From assembly GCA_035084275.1 (NCBI GenBank), contig CM068747.1, forward strand, positions 24,304,001 to 24,368,000: 64,000 nt of DNA, written 5' to 3'. Below, piece after piece: positions 26,101-40,699 of this stretch (positions are counted from its first letter, which is position 1; each line of letters starts with the position of its first letter). This DNA is from Hydrolagus colliei (taxonomy: Eukaryota). The notes below the pieces were generated by a model. The model was given only the letters and a program-made list of their open reading frames with translations. It made no database searches and had not been told where the DNA came from. The translations under genes were made by a program, and so were the position numbers.

Positions 26101-28098
26101 GCAAACAAAACAGAATTAATTTCACAATTTATATTTAAAAACTCCATAGTGATAAGCTAGCTGATCATCAAAACATGTTACACCATATTTCACAAGCAAG
26201 AAGTCCCATTGCAACAGGATAAACTACAGTTCCTGTGAACAAAATGTATAACATAACATTTGTACAGCACCTTTCATAATTAAACAACCAATTTTGTTTG
26301 AAATAAATCAACCAGAATGTAAGCAAAATTCATATCAGAATGAAAGGTTTGAAACACAGCAGTTTTCTGAAAATAGTGCAGTGTGTAAAGTACTGTACAC
26401 TAGAATCCTTTAAGGCATCAGAATAGATTTAATCTTTTCAGCTATTCACTAAACTTTCAGAAACGAGTATTGATGTACTTAACACCAATGTTGGTTTTAG
26501 GTTTCAACGCTGGAAATAATATTTGCTCACAATCATTCACTACTTTTAGTCCTCATTAAGGTGAAGGACATCAGTGCGGGGAATAGAGCAGGAATCCAGT
26601 ACCAGATTCAAGCACTATACAGGTCAGCACAACCAGCTGTAACAAGCTTCTTCTCCCTTTTCTGCCCCAATTTTCACTAAACTTACAAAAGTTTTTCAGG
26701 GGATGCAACAGTCCTCGAATTTGAAAAATGGTGATTCTCCTTTATCTTCAAAGGAAAGGATGGATAACCCATCATGGCTGCTTCTATTGATGAAATGGTT
26801 TGGATTCAATATTATTTATGTGCATTATAGCTAACACACACAATTTCAATGGAGGCCACACCACTGCTTTCTACCTCTTGTCAAACGATAGGTGAAAATA
26901 TATATACATGATGCAATGCACGCCTATTTTGTATGAAGTAGATCAGTTCGAAAATTTTAGATTATGAAAATTGAGAAAAACAAAAATATAACTGCCCTCA
27001 ATCAATAATCTCGTGCGATATCCTCCTGTCCAATCCCACACTTTGCCCCAGGCCCAAAATTACATAATACTATTGTAAACATTTTTAGAACTCTGAAGTT
27101 ACAGAGGTATAAATTTGCACAGAGTGAAGACTACCATGTGTAAGTTTCAATATCGACCAAGGTTTGGAGCAATTTTCTAAAGATCATCTACTTTGACACA
27201 ATTCCAGTCAAAGTAGATGGAACTGAATTGTGTATAGTCAGCAGGAATGAGAAGTCGTAAAGTTATCAAGTTGGGTCTTCCTGTATATGGTCTTCCTCAT
27301 TCTTTTCATGCAGTTTATCTTCCAATACAATTGAAAGAGGTCCATTATCCAATGGGGGTACTCAGGACACTGTCCCTTCTAAGAGCTCTCCCTTGTTCTA
27401 GCCTCATGAGAGCCAGGTTATCATCCCAGTTCCCATACATGGCCAGATCTCAACTCCCTCACTTCTTTAATGGAGGTAGCTGCAGAGGACACCGTGTGTG
27501 AACAATGATGGAAAATTATCAAGCTCTATTCACTCCAAACCAGAGGATTAAAAAAAGAGGAAAAGTTGGACGGGAGCCATGTATGTGGAACACATTGAAA
27601 GAAAAGAATGACGAAGAACACAAGGCAATTTGTTTTTACTATATCGTTATTTTTCATATCTGAGTCTATCATATCTGAGTTGGGCCACAAATTAAGGGTG
27701 GGCTATACACTTTGTACACAAGAAAATATTTCAGGAATGAGTCAAATCAAAATATATTCCCTCAGCAGATAAAACATAATGTATAAATTGTGAAGACTGT
27801 TCCAAGGGTAGCCTTTCAATGATCTATTCAAACATTGACAAAAAGATGTCCACAAGACAAAGATTTTTTTCTTAACCGAATGTATGGCTTAAAGAAGTAT
27901 GTATTCATTTTGAGTGATGTTGCGCAATCACAACTTGAGCAAGTGATGGGACATAGCTCAACAATACACTGCATGCTAAAATCAGGTTAAATTCATATGC
28001 AAGATGGCAAGAAAAAGTCAAATGCTTCCCTATAAGAAAATTAAAATCAAACTCAACACAAACCTGTTGTACCTTTTCTTGCCAATTCAAGGAACTAC

Positions 28099-28524
28099 TA
28101 GGGTCCGGCGATATATCGATATATCGGTTATAGATATCATTTTTCATATCGATATGCCGATATCAGATTTTAAAATATATTGATATATTGTAAATATCAG
28201 TATATCGTTTCCGGCAATATATCGGTATTATCGGTATAATGCGATCTTTTCCAGCTTACCTTGTCACCGGCATTGCAACCTCCTGGGCCTAGAGCACAGA
28301 ATGCACGCGCACATCCGAATGCACGCGCACATCCGAATGCGCGCGCACCCCCTAATGCGAGCATACCTCCGAATGAGCGTGCACACCCCCCCAAATGCGC
28401 GCACACCCCGAATGCGCACGCATGCACAGTATTAAAAAAACCAAAAATATCGATATATTAGTATATATCGATATGAGCCCACTGATATATCGATATTGGA
28501 AAATTTCCTTATCGATGGACCCTA
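28099..28524 (+). mobile_element. hAT-type MITE, copy 2
   Basis: TAGGGTCC TIRs, perfect 8-bp TSD GGAACTAC, internal CCGAATGCGCGCGCAC repeats. Confidence 0.92.
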
Positions 28525-31164
28525 GGAACTACTAAGATATTAAGCAGAGAATCTGGGTCAGTAGGATTTCTGTGTCAAGTTAGGTGACCAGAAACAAAGA
28601 AAAAAATTAGAGACAGGAGTATGGATACATCCATATAGAAATGGGGTCACTCAATGTTTTGCCAGCAAAAGCAACCAGATATAATTTAGCCTCTTTAGTA
28701 TGTTTGCAAGGACACTGGGCCATCAGTGCAGGGAAAAATCTAAATTTAGAAGCCAAGTGGGTGGAAAACAATCAGGTACTATAATTTCTTGAGAAATTAA
28801 GTTCTAAACTATCTGCATTTCTGATGGCTCCCGACAACTGTTCTCCCCAAATCCTCCAGAAAATCTTAAAATCTCATGAAATCAGACTGAGGTTCCATTC
28901 AACATGAACAAAATTACTTTCGTAAAGCACCTTTCACATCGGGAGGACGTCCTAAGGCACCGCCATTGAATCTGTTAAATGTTATATAATGGGGGGCGGG
29001 CGGGGAGACTGTACTGCAAATCACGTTTAACCTAGGCAGTGTCATTTTGCATTAAGAGTTAGACATCAGAACATTTATGAATTTATTGCTACTCAAGGAT
29101 GGTTTTCAGTTTCTCTGAACATCTTTGATCTTCTTTTAGTTTATTTGGCGACAAAATGCCAAAAGCTGCTAGCTTTGCCCGAAAGACAAGTTGATCAGTC
29201 TCTTAGCCGGCTGTCTGGAAAGCAGGATGTGCTCAACTTGAATACATCATCATGTTGCAATAATAAGGCAGTCTGCAGGAGGCTATCCAGGTAGAGCAGC
29301 AAGTTATCTCACAGTAACAACAACAAAATTACGCTTTTCACGTCAGGAGGCAATCCCAAGGCGCAATAACTGGAGAACCAAACCCACAGTTGCAATACAA
29401 TTACCAGGTTAAGTATGTACATCATAATGTAATGGAGGGGTGGGGGGGGAAGGGGGCAGATGTGATCGCATGAATCTTGCAAGATGATCAAATAAAAAAT
29501 GCACTATGTCTGACATGTTATTCATGCATTTCTATAGTATAAGGAGGAATAAGTGAGAGAATTTGCGAAGATGATGCAGGATTCAACACAACATGCACAT
29601 CCACACTATTCCATTGTGATTTAGTTTGCTGAGGCATCTTGGCAGTATACGTTATTTCTTATATAACTGGAATATAAATGGGCAATTATGACCAATGTTT
29701 CTTTACAATGCAAAAACTAAATTTTGAGAGAGGGATTGAATGCAAAATTTACCACCAAAAAGTAATTACAAAACCACCATAAAGCTAATAATCCTTTTAA
29801 TTAAAGGACAAGGCTGTATCGAACCTTGCTGCAAATCACAAAAAGGATTTACAGTGAAACAGACACCCGAGCAATTACACTGATGATTAAAGGCTTAAGT
29901 AGAGAACAGAGATCAAAGCGCTCATTGTGTGCAATAAAATTCATATAGTTTTAAAGATTCAAAAGCTTTAGCTTATGCTTTATTAAGTACCATTTTAGGT
30001 GTACCCATGATAACTGCAAATACTCTTTCCCTGAAGAAGGCCCAATGAGAAACTGTAACAGCTGTTCCTGTAGAAAATGGTGCTTTACACACACATTACT
30101 ACCTCAGATACAGTAACATTTGAAATCATCAAATAATGATGCCAATAAACTTTAAATCTGAACAGTTAATGATCTCCAAGGATGGACAAGGCGAGTTTTA
30201 AAAAAAATCAGAACAATACATTTACAGTTATTATAATCATTAAGATGGAGTCATATCATGCAATTAAAATGGGCATATGGGTAAGATATTTGGGAGAGCT
30301 TTTTTGCATTCTTGTATACAGCAGTTAAGAAAGTAATGAACCAGCTGCAGCTGTTAATCATGTCTCTTCAGGATATTTCATATTTGTAATAGCATTGCGC
30401 CACCTACAGAGGGTGTTAATCCCTATTAAAAGTAGCCGGAGACATCTCACTTCAGCCATTATTGTACTACAAATTACTGGATACAGCAATATAGAAGCTG
30501 TCAGACAAGGTTAGTGAAAGATTGGGTGAGGAAACAGACCATTCAGCAATTCATCACAGTATAATCCACCACCTCTAAATTGAAACCTACAAAAAAACAA
30601 CATTAATATTCTAACAAGGTGATGTTGCCTTCCGTGGCAGCATTAGCTGAAAAAAGGACAAGTTTAAATAACTGCTGAAGTAGGCTACATGCAGCAAGAC
30701 AAATGTGTGTACATTAACAAACATGTTTGTTCTAAATGCTACAGAAGCCTTATGATTTTACTAAGACTAACAGATTTACACTGATACGTTTTACAAACTG
30801 GTTTCCAACTCCAGTCATAATTTGTGAGATTTTATAATGCTAAAATATACTATCCACTCATAATCTTGTCTTGAATACAAAAACACTGTATTCATAATTG
30901 ATAAGGGATACAGTATAATGGAATAGCTTATTGGATGAATAAAAATGTACCTTTGAGTGAGTTTATCAACACATCATTTGCAAATACAGAAAATTGAAAG
31001 TTAACTTTCCAAACTCATACAATTAATTGAACAATTACATTTGTTACTGTTCAGTCAGAGATGAACATTTTAAATTAGATTTGACCAACAAAAAGACCCA
31101 GCTTGCATGGTTATTGAAAGTGCTGTATGGGGGGGGGGGGGGGGGGGGGGGGGGAGGGGGGGGT

Positions 31165-31290
31165 TACCAGAATGATACCAGGGCTAAATTATACCATGGA
31201 TAGGACGAATAAACTTGATTTATATTCCTCGGAGTTCAGAAGGTTGAAGGGTGATCTGATCAAGGCATTTAAAATTATAAAAGGATTTTT
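31165..31290 (+). mobile_element. CR1 LINE ORF2 3' fragment
   Basis: Translates TRMIPGLNY..KLDLYSSEFRRLKGDLIKAFKIIKGF, the typical CR1 RT C-terminus. Confidence 0.75.
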
Positions 31291-33059
31291 TTTTGGTCAG
31301 CCAGGCATCTGATACATGTGGAAACCCATCACCATGCTTAATCTTATCCAAATTAAGTACCATGCATCTCACCCACACATGAAAATTGCAGAGATTTTTA
31401 TTGGAATGCAATACACACTCTCTCACTGGTACCCAATTCTGGAAAATATTAGGTTGGAGAGAGCCAAGGATGGGCACCACCAGTATGTGCGTGTTGGGTT
31501 ACTGCTGGAGTCTAACCAGCTAAAATCATATCACTTGCCATTGAGAGCACTACCCAGCAAGCTACCATTGAGGGCTTTGGCTTGCAGGACAAATGGGAGC
31601 TGAGTGGAAAGAGTCCTTGTCCTCAGTGACTGCTCTGCCTTTCGAAGACCTGCAAATCAGCCATGCTGTACTATCATCAACAGTGCCCTGGAGAACTGCA
31701 GACCCTGGCTCAGGAAGCAAACTATAGAGACCACCACATTCCATTGAATGGGCTCAATCTCCACATTCCATTGCCAAACAGAGTGAGAAAATGGCAGTGA
31801 GATGAAGGGCTTCCTCTGCATAACAGATAAGAAATTACCCAAATAGAAAATCTAATTTTTCTTGATAATTTTGAATAGCTCAATGAGATCTGAAATATTC
31901 AACATGTTGGTTACTTGTAAGAGCAATCCTTGAATGACTTGAGGTTTAGAATTTCAAGGTTACCAATTCTCATGATAAATTTTGCATTCACTAAGAAATG
32001 CACAACATGACAAAAAAATCCTAAAAACGACATACATCTTTTACTTTCCCAAAATAGAAGCTTCCTAAACACATCTACCAAAATATTGACTCTTAAAGCT
32101 AGTCTTTGTTTTCTTTAAAAAGCAAGCAGCTTTGATTTAATGTGTACAGGATAAATGGAACGTTTAAAAGTAAATTAGGTCTACATCAGTGAGTTAAGAC
32201 CATCATATATTGCTGATTCAGAATAAATGATGGTCGTATTTTTAACCCATTTGCATTATAGCTAAAGCAATGTAGCTCAGTGGAGTGTTCAAAAAAAACA
32301 TTGTGGTATGACACATAGCTGCAAATAAAAATCATCCTTCTGCTTTTAAGAGAAATAGTGCATAGTGCATACTGTATGCTGTGATTCATGTTTTTGTTCA
32401 TTTCAAAATAATGCACCTATTACTTGGAAGCTGAATTATTCAATGTCACAGTCCTGGTGCATTCCAGAATCGGTAATTAGTCGCTATTGACATTTTGCTG
32501 TTGCACGACTTACTGCAAAGACCAATTTTATTAGCCAACTGAACTAATCAAGCAACCAAGGTCAAACAAGAAAACTAGACACAATACTTTTGTGGGGTCT
32601 CGTGACAAATATCAAAAGAAGCAGATTCCTTAACAGTTACATTGATAGATTCGTAAACACAATGATACATAAAGGAATTAAATAGAGTACTGTAATGGTA
32701 TATGACATTTTTCTGCAAAACAAACAGGTAAAACGTACAGAGATTTATTGTAAGTAAGCAACTTATTAGAAAATGTAGACATTTCATCAAAAAGTACTCA
32801 TTATTTTTGAAAAATCAGCTATAAAACATCTTAAGAAATTCTAAGCAATTTGATTATTAATCTGGATGACCTTGACAATTAAGTAAGTACAGGGCCTTAA
32901 AGCAACAAAAACTTGCATCTATACAGTGCGCTTCATACAGAGTACAGTGTCAGAGTGCTCAACAGTGGTGAAGCCTAATGCCGAGCCAGGGAGGGAGGTG
33001 TCCGCAAGCACAGTGCCGAGGAAGGCATTATCTGGAAATGGGGAAAGTGTAGGCAAGGG

Positions 33060-33340
33060 AGGAATCGAAGAGAGAGTTCAGCTGTGAGGAAAGGCTAGAG
33101 AGGGTAGATTTATTCTCATTGGAACAGAGAAGGTTGCGAGGAGACCAAATAGAGGTTTTTAAGATCATGAGGGGATTCGACAGAGTAGACAGGGGAAAAG
33201 TGTTTCCACTGGTGGGCGTATCGGTGGTCACAGATTTAAAATAGTTTCAAAAAGCTGAGGAGAAATGTTTTCACTCAGCGAGTTGTTTGAATTTGGAATG
33301 CATTGCCTGAAAAGATGGTGGAGGCCGATTCAATAGAAAT
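33060..33340 (+). mobile_element. CR1 LINE 3' fragment
   Basis: Translates to an RLERVDLFSLEQRRLRGDQIEVFKIMRGFDRVD..VFPLVG-like segment, followed by tttcactcagcgagttgtt..tggaatgcattgcctga. Confidence 0.8.
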
Positions 33341-33786
33341 CAACAAACCAATATTACCCGATTTCATGGGAGAAGTCACTGACCACCAGCTGTTCATAAC
33401 TGTTCCTCCTATGATGATTCCAATTATTCCAAAGTTACATCTTTCTTTTCTGCATGTCTAACTCCATCTCCCCTTGTCAGTGACCTTGCGCAGGCTGCTT
33501 TGCAGGGAGAGTAAGAGAGTTATGGACAGCTTTTTTGGCCGATTCTGTCATCTCCCTGTTTCTTAGTCATAACAACAAATATAATCTGCAAAACTATTAT
33601 AACTGCACATTTGTTATAAAGGAACATTTTCAACAAACACCAATTGTTATATGGAAACATGAATTGTTATAAAACTTGAAATGTTATAGAAAAGATCTTT
33701 AACCCAAACTTGAATTTGTTATGGGAAAACCTCTTCAACTACCTCATTGTTAACACAACACTTAATTAAACATGATTGTTGTAGTA

Positions 33787-35163
33787 CTGGGACTCCTCAA
33801 TTAACATTGGGGATATGTTCTTGAAAAGTGCGATTTTAAGTGAAAACGTACTGTATAGCAAAACCTAAATTACCATAGGTCCTAATGCTATCAATAGGGA
33901 TTAGGTTCCTTCAGTACATTTCTGGTCTAAATTTTCTTACACTAATATTAAATAAAGAACAAAACAGCAACACTAGTACAGGTAAACCTCTACTTAGGAC
34001 GAGGTTGTGTTCCTGAAAAACTGTATCTAGATCAAAACGTCCTAAATCGAAACGCAATTTCCCATGCGGTCCCATTATATAACCAGAGATGTGTTCTTTT
34101 CACAAGATTTTCGGACCTTAAATCCACTAAATAACACACAAAACCACACAATATAACACACAAATTAACACACATAGGCAAGAAGGGATACTTGGCGTAT
34201 CTATACAGTATTGTACTTTAACACTGGCAAACTTTAATACAGTATACAACTGGCAAATGTAATATTTGGTAGTGTGACAGTGGCACTTGCAGCTTCCCCA
34301 CTCATCTTGATGTTGTGGAACCCATAGCATCTTTTAAACCACCCTCTGCTAGCAATGAAAGATGGTGCAGTTGAGCCTTCTCCTTCCTGATCATTTAACT
34401 CCCAAAACAATGATTTTGCCTTCTCTTGGATAACCAGGGTGTTGAGTGGTATATTACACTAGTTCTGATCCTCAATCCAGACACTCAGCATTCTTTCCAT
34501 GTTTTCCATCACATCATTCCTATCTTTTGCTAATCCGCTTGTACCTGTAGCTGTAAAACACCTAGAACTTGCCAGTATGTTGTCCTTATTCTGTTTTATA
34601 GTAGCCACCGTTGATCTAGCTAGCCCTAAAGCCCTCCCGACGTCCGTACCTTTTTCACCAGAATCGATGCGCTTTATCATCTCTAATTTGGTATTTAAAG
34701 TGATGACTTTGCAGGGTTTCTGGCTGGTAGCGGTATTACCACTGCTCATTTCACTTAGTATAAACTTGCTTTAAACACATTAGAGGCTGTAAATCGCTCG
34801 AAGATGCTCGGGAATGTTTGGAAATTACTGTAATACTGACGTGGTGTGGTGTCGCTTCAAAATCAGATGGCTTTTAAACAATGACTTGGCGACATGCTAT
34901 TGGCCTGTTCAAACGCTTGGATATCAGGTGCGAGTGCGATTTACACTATGGACTGTGCATATGGACAAGTATGGAATGCTTTACTGGTAAGTATTCATAC
35001 AATATTCTGTTATTATTTAGTCTATTATTAATATGATATGTTTTAAAATAAGTTAATTTTTTGTGTAGGATTATCGGCAACTTGCCGCTCGAATATCCGG
35101 CATATTTAATTAACCAGCAACGGTCAGGTCCTGAGGGTGCCGGTTAACAAAGCTTTTACTGTA
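33787..35163. mobile_element. Composite/nested Tigger (pogo) DNA transposon remnants
   Basis: Tigger-like ends near 33787 and at TA|CAGGTAAACCTC 33979, an internal transposase relic, and a MITE-like end ...aaagcttttactg|ta near 35161. Boundaries approximate. Confidence 0.65.
34282..34749 (-). pseudogene. Tigger/pogo transposase N-terminal relic (CENP-B-type HTH domains)
   Basis: KVITLNTKLEMIKRIDSGEKGTDVGRALGLARSTVATIKQNK...MERMLSVWIEDQN*CNIPLNTLVIQEKAKSLF...FIASRGWFKR..FHNIKMSGEAASA. One in-frame TAG at 34461-34459; truncated before the DDE domain. Confidence 0.88.
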
Positions 35164-35202
35164 TTTATTAATTCACCAACAAAGTATAATCGAAACAAAG
35201 CA

Positions 35203-35417
35203 CAGTAAAAGCCATTTATCCGTGACCTGATCAACTGTAACTTCCGTATAACCGGCACTTCAAAGAAAAGGTCCACATTCGATTAACTGGAATTTATCCA
35301 GCACAATGCATTTTTTAAAACTTTTTTTTTTAATTGTGTTTTCAGTCAAATATCCGGCACGTGCTGTTACCAGCATTGGCCAGGTCCTGAGGGTGCCGGA
35401 TAAACAGGCTTTTACTG
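35203..35417 (+). mobile_element. ~210-bp Tigger-like MITE, copy A
   Basis: TIRs CAGTAAAAGCC..TTTATCCG / CGGATAAACAGGCTTTTACTG with TA on the right flank. Near-identical to 51073-51280. Confidence 0.85.
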
Positions 35418-38400
35418 TATATTGGGGCAACAAATAGAGTTCATGACCAATTTTTATTGAGTTTTTTTGGACAGATTATTATTAACAGGAATAATGACAA
35501 TAATCCACTAGTTTCCTTACATGCATTGTTCATTATACAGAATACAGGCTTTACATAATTCCTTTTCACATAGCTTCCTATCCCTGCTCCGTTCCAAATT
35601 GCATCATGTACACGATGACAAGAGCCGAGGCTTGTATGCACTGGGGTACTACTGGTGTTTCACCACCTGAAACCACATAACTTACCATTGAACGTGCTGT
35701 CTGGCATGCTGCACATCCAACCCATTCAGACTTTGAAAGATTCCCCACCCCCAGTCTGCCACTCCAAGTCTGCCAATGAACCAGGCTAGCTGGTGTGTTA
35801 TCCGCAGTACCCTGGTGCACTAGTTCAGGAATCAGACTATCTAGACCACCACAGAGTATTGACTCTACATCTTGTTGGCAAGCTCCAAAGGGACCCTACT
35901 TAACTTCCGCACAAGGAATGCACTATTCCCAAACCATACTGCAATGGATAAAGCAAAAAAAATTATACATACCAGTGATACACAAAAACACTAGATGGTT
36001 TTTACACATACCTGGACACACTAGGCACATTATCAAAATGTGTAGCCAATTTAGTGCATTACTGTATAAGATTAAAATTTTGCAAAGCCATTCTGAATAG
36101 GCCACATGCAGTGTACATGCTGCAGGCAGCAAATTCAATTGCTCCAGTCTGCCTGCTAATTTGGAGTAATATACATCATGCAAAGCAATTTTCCAAAACC
36201 ACTGTTACATTTCTGATGTGGTGCTTTATTTCAACAATACAGTATATCACAATTGTAAAAAAAAATCTCTTCATTTCCCACATGGAGTTTTTTTTGTTAA
36301 AACAAAAAACTTCCTACAGTTGTTCCTAAAGTGAACTGAACATTAATTAAAAAGATGCAAACAACTGTATTCAAACCAAGACAATTGTCAATGGGCTCCA
36401 TCTGCTGGTAATAAAAATAGCTTCTAAAAATTCCAGGAGTAATCCTACTGGTAGCATTAGGAATAGGTCCAGCACACAGATTGAAGCTAGAATTATTAAG
36501 ATGACCTTATACTTACTTGCAAATGGCTAGCATGCTTAAAAGACTTTCTGTGCACACATTCTAAACCACTTCTGTTTAAACTCTGCCAAGCATTTACTTT
36601 TGTAATGGAATATTTTATGACTCATTTGGAACTGTAGCTCATTCAGAAGGCTGCTGCTGTGCAATATGCAGTTAACAAGGTAGTGGCATGAGGAGAGAAA
36701 GCTCATTTGGACTTCTCTTCACTATATATTTTGGCAGCTGCTGTACAAAAGCCAACCAAGAAACACATTTATGCATCAGGCAGATAATCTTCTACCAAAC
36801 ATGGTGCAGAGTGTAGCACCACTATCATGCCAGCTGTGTCAAGACAATTACTATTAACATGATTTGTGTGCACTTGGTGCAGTCTTTTTCACATGGCCAA
36901 GACAGCAAAATACAGAACTCAAGCTGAACCTAACCAAAATCAAAAACACTTAACCATGAAATACAGGGCAATAGAGAAAATCTGGTTTTGTGGTTATTAT
37001 GAAAGTCAGCATTAATAATAATAATCCTTACATTTGATATAGCACCTTATCATGTCTTCAAGATGTTCAAAGCTCTTCACAGTAATATACTGTAAAGTGA
37101 ATTTACTGTGTATTTTGTGGGCAAAACCTGGCAGTCAATTGCCAATAGTGTCCCACAAATAGTCTTGGATTGAGTGACCAAATTATTATTAGTATTATAA
37201 TTTGAAGGGATTATTACCCCCAGAAAAGTGATCCGCCAATCAACTAACCAGATGCCTCATTCGTTCATACACAGTCATACAATCTTAGCCAAGTTTTGTC
37301 CAATTCTAAGTGACATTGCATTTAATAATTTTTAAAATACAGAACAGAAAAAAGTTCAAATTTTGAAGACACGGTATTATAATCAAAATTACTTTAAAGA
37401 TCAACATTCAAGCTACAGTCTGAAGTGGGGAATCTTCCTTTCAGGCAGCCATCCATTCTGAACATTTGTATCAAAAAAAGAACTAATTTCCACCTGTGCT
37501 TGATTAGGACTGATCCCATTGCTCATTAAAACGTCCTCCCACAGACTCCCAACATGTCGCACAAAGGCCAAATCAGTACCACTGATAAGAGCTGCATCAA
37601 GCAAAACCATCCATTCAAAACCACAGGAGTATATTCCAACACAATGTTGATTAATATACAGGATCTACACTTTTCAAAACCGTGCTATACCAATCTGCTG
37701 CAGATGACCATACATTATAAATATTATCAGACAAGATGTATAGAACAAACTTTGGTAAAATTCAGATTTGTGGAGTATGGGGTTCGGGGAGGATAGGGAA
37801 TGTTGAAGTTTTCATTAAAGCACTTTTTGGAAGCGAGTTACAAATAGAGTAGTTTTACCATCCAAGCAGCTCAAATAGATGTAGTGACAAAGTGTAGTGG
37901 CAGTGTATTTGTACTTATCGACAATAAACAAAAAAAGTAGACAATCATTTAAACCCTTCGCACCTGCATCACTTCCCTCACGATTTTTGAGACAAAACAG
38001 GCCCTACCAACCAACACAACCACAAAATTCCCATTGAAGATCTAATGAAGCCTTCTGGCTATGATTTCTAAACTAAAGTTTACATGAACATGAACAGAAC
38101 AGTTTCCTGAAAGCTATATTTTTATTTACAACTGCTCTTGAAAGCCTTAAGTGGCGCTGTAGAAGGTGGTCCTTTTCTATAAACTCAATTTAAATTAACT
38201 TCACAGTTCAATTACAAGACTATGCAAGACTACTTAGTGTTGAAGGTTGTCTTGTTAGTTTCATCCTTAATTCACAAATGGCAGAGGTAGCAAAAAGCCT
38301 ATGTAGTTACTGTATCAAGAAAGCGAATGCATAAAAATGCCTCTAAACAACCCCAGATTGAAAAGTGAACTACCGAATAAGAAGAAAGCTTTGTACCAGT

Positions 38401-39089
38401 TCAATTAGTTACAATAATATAATAATAACAAAGACCATCGAACCAATAAATAATTAATGTTTTCCTAATTTTTTCAACCACGTTGAAAGTACTGAGTGCT
38501 GCTAAACTAACTGTGCATGAAGGATTCAGAGAAGCTTTTGTCCATTTTTAAAACTGGAGCCAAGTTCAAATTGGCTATGATCGTAAAGCAATTAAGGAGT
38601 GGGAAGTGTTTCTACTTCCCACCTCCAAATTGCATTCAGCTCTGTATATGTGCAACCCCATACAAAGCTCTATGAATCCGTATTAAATACGTATTTTTTT
38701 CTACTGTTAATAATAACAAGCCACTTACTTGGCTAACTCTCACACACAAAATGCAAGGTTAAAGCAATTCATCCAGCCTGCAGCAATGTGTAAACTATCA
38801 GCACCAGAACCATATGGTTTTATCAGGCATGCTTCAGCAAGATGTTCTTTGCCATGACAGTACCAGTACTCAAACAGAATAGGATTTGGTACCACTTGTG
38901 GGTTAGATCCACGTATAAAACAGATGAACATTAGAATAAATCGTTTTCAATAAAAAAAAGGGATGGGGGGGCTTCCTTGTGAAACAGCATTGAAATTTGT
39001 TCTTTATTTTATAATTATAAATGTCAAGCTAGTTCAATATTAAGTGTTCCATTTTCCACCCTCAAGCGTCATCGGAAAAGATTAAAGAG

Positions 39090-39690
39090 TACAACAACAA
39101 CAACTTGCATTTATATAGTGCTTTCCATGCTGGGCAGCTTATCATCGCGCTTCACAACGGCAGAGTCTGAAGCCAAGCCAGGGTGACCGTAAGTGCGGTC
39201 AAAGAGAAAGGTCTTCAAGCACGACCTGAATATGGGAAAGGAGGGGATGCGACAAAGGGGTTGACGGAGGGAGTTCCAAAGTTTCGGAGTGTAGTGGCTG
39301 AAAGCACGGCCGCCAATGGTGGAGCGGAGGATTCAGAGGTCTAAGAGGAGGCTGCCTTGCTCTAGCACTTCTACTCAAACCTAATTTTATTTTGAAAAAC
39401 CCCTCCCTCTACTCAGTGGGCTTCAGCCTCCTTCACGTCCCACACCTCACCCACCCCAGATTGGTGGGCGGGCCTTCAAACACTGCCCCCACCTTCTGGA
39501 ACTCCTTCCCCCATAATTTCTCTGTCTCGCCACATCCCTTACCTTCTTCAAGAACCACCTCAGAACCCTGCTCTTTGATCCCCCCACCCTCTCCAATCCC
39601 AACCCCCAGCTTTGATCCAAAATACTAGCTGTCTAGCATCTTGAGACACCTTCCCAACATGAAAGTGCTATACAAGTATAATTTTGTTGG
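39090..39690. mobile_element. Two L2 LINE 3' fragments in opposite orientation
   Basis: caacaacttgcatttatatagtgc tail (minus-strand copy, 39090-39330) and a plus-strand copy 39400-39690 ending gaaagtgctatacaagtataatt. Both share ggcggccttcaa..tgcccc with the other L2 pieces. Confidence 0.7.
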
Positions 39691-40699
39691 TGTTTTTGTA
39701 ATCCTGTATCACCCAGTGTGTTTTTGACACCCTGTATATATCTTCACATTCTCCTGCACATTTAATTTATTCTGACTGACACCAGCGGGCACCACAAGAT
39801 GATCCATTTTCATATACATGGAACACACAATTTGTTGTTCTCTTGAATACTAGTTAGTACAGTACAACAAAAGCATTAGGAGGCATGTATGTGACAGGAT
39901 ATTTTGTATGTGACAAGTTTGTTCCCATTATTGAAAAAGGCCGCAAATAAGCATTTTAGTGACCCTTTCGTTTCAGTAAACAACCCACATTTATAGAACA
40001 TAATAATACAATACAAAACTCCTAATGGGGCCTTTTCGTATATAATATGATTACTATACTACTTGGTTTCAAAAATAGCCACTAAATTTTACAAAGCACT
40101 TGAGATGTTATAACAAAAAGATACTATAAAAATACTAAACGTTACTTCTGTACAATAAGTCTTAGTGTTTCACAATGAATAGTCTTGACAAGTATCGACA
40201 AGTTCTACAGTACTGCTCCTAGGTATACAAATGAAGCAAATTATAGGTACAGATGTATACTTTACATATAAATCCACAATTTTCCATAATACTCATGGAT
40301 TATTTCTAAATTGTGATGTAGGTCATAGGAAGGAACTACATTTCCCCCACAGTGATTCCAATGAATGTAACAGGATTGTGAGTTTGGACTAGCCTGGAAG
40401 TGCCAATCCCAGAAAAGCATAATACAAGCGACTAGACAGGAATACACAGGAGGTGCTGTGCTTTCTCAGATTCAGATGAATTCAGATCAACTCCTAGGTT
40501 GTGTGAAGTGTCAATCCCAAAACATACAACTAGGAAATCTCCTTAAATTTCAGCACTGAAGCAGCCTATGAACTAAAGCAAGAGATCTCAATTACAAAAT
40601 TTCTTTCCTGCAACATTTTTATGATGCGATCACCCCACAATACCTAGAAGAATATTCTGAATAGAAATAGCTCCCTCTAAATTTCTTATCCTCTAAAGC

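Noticed and set aside
31129-31163. Long poly-G runs (also 41454-41476 and 62759-62774)
   Set aside because: Simple homopolymers whose lengths may be sequencing artefacts. No function can be inferred.
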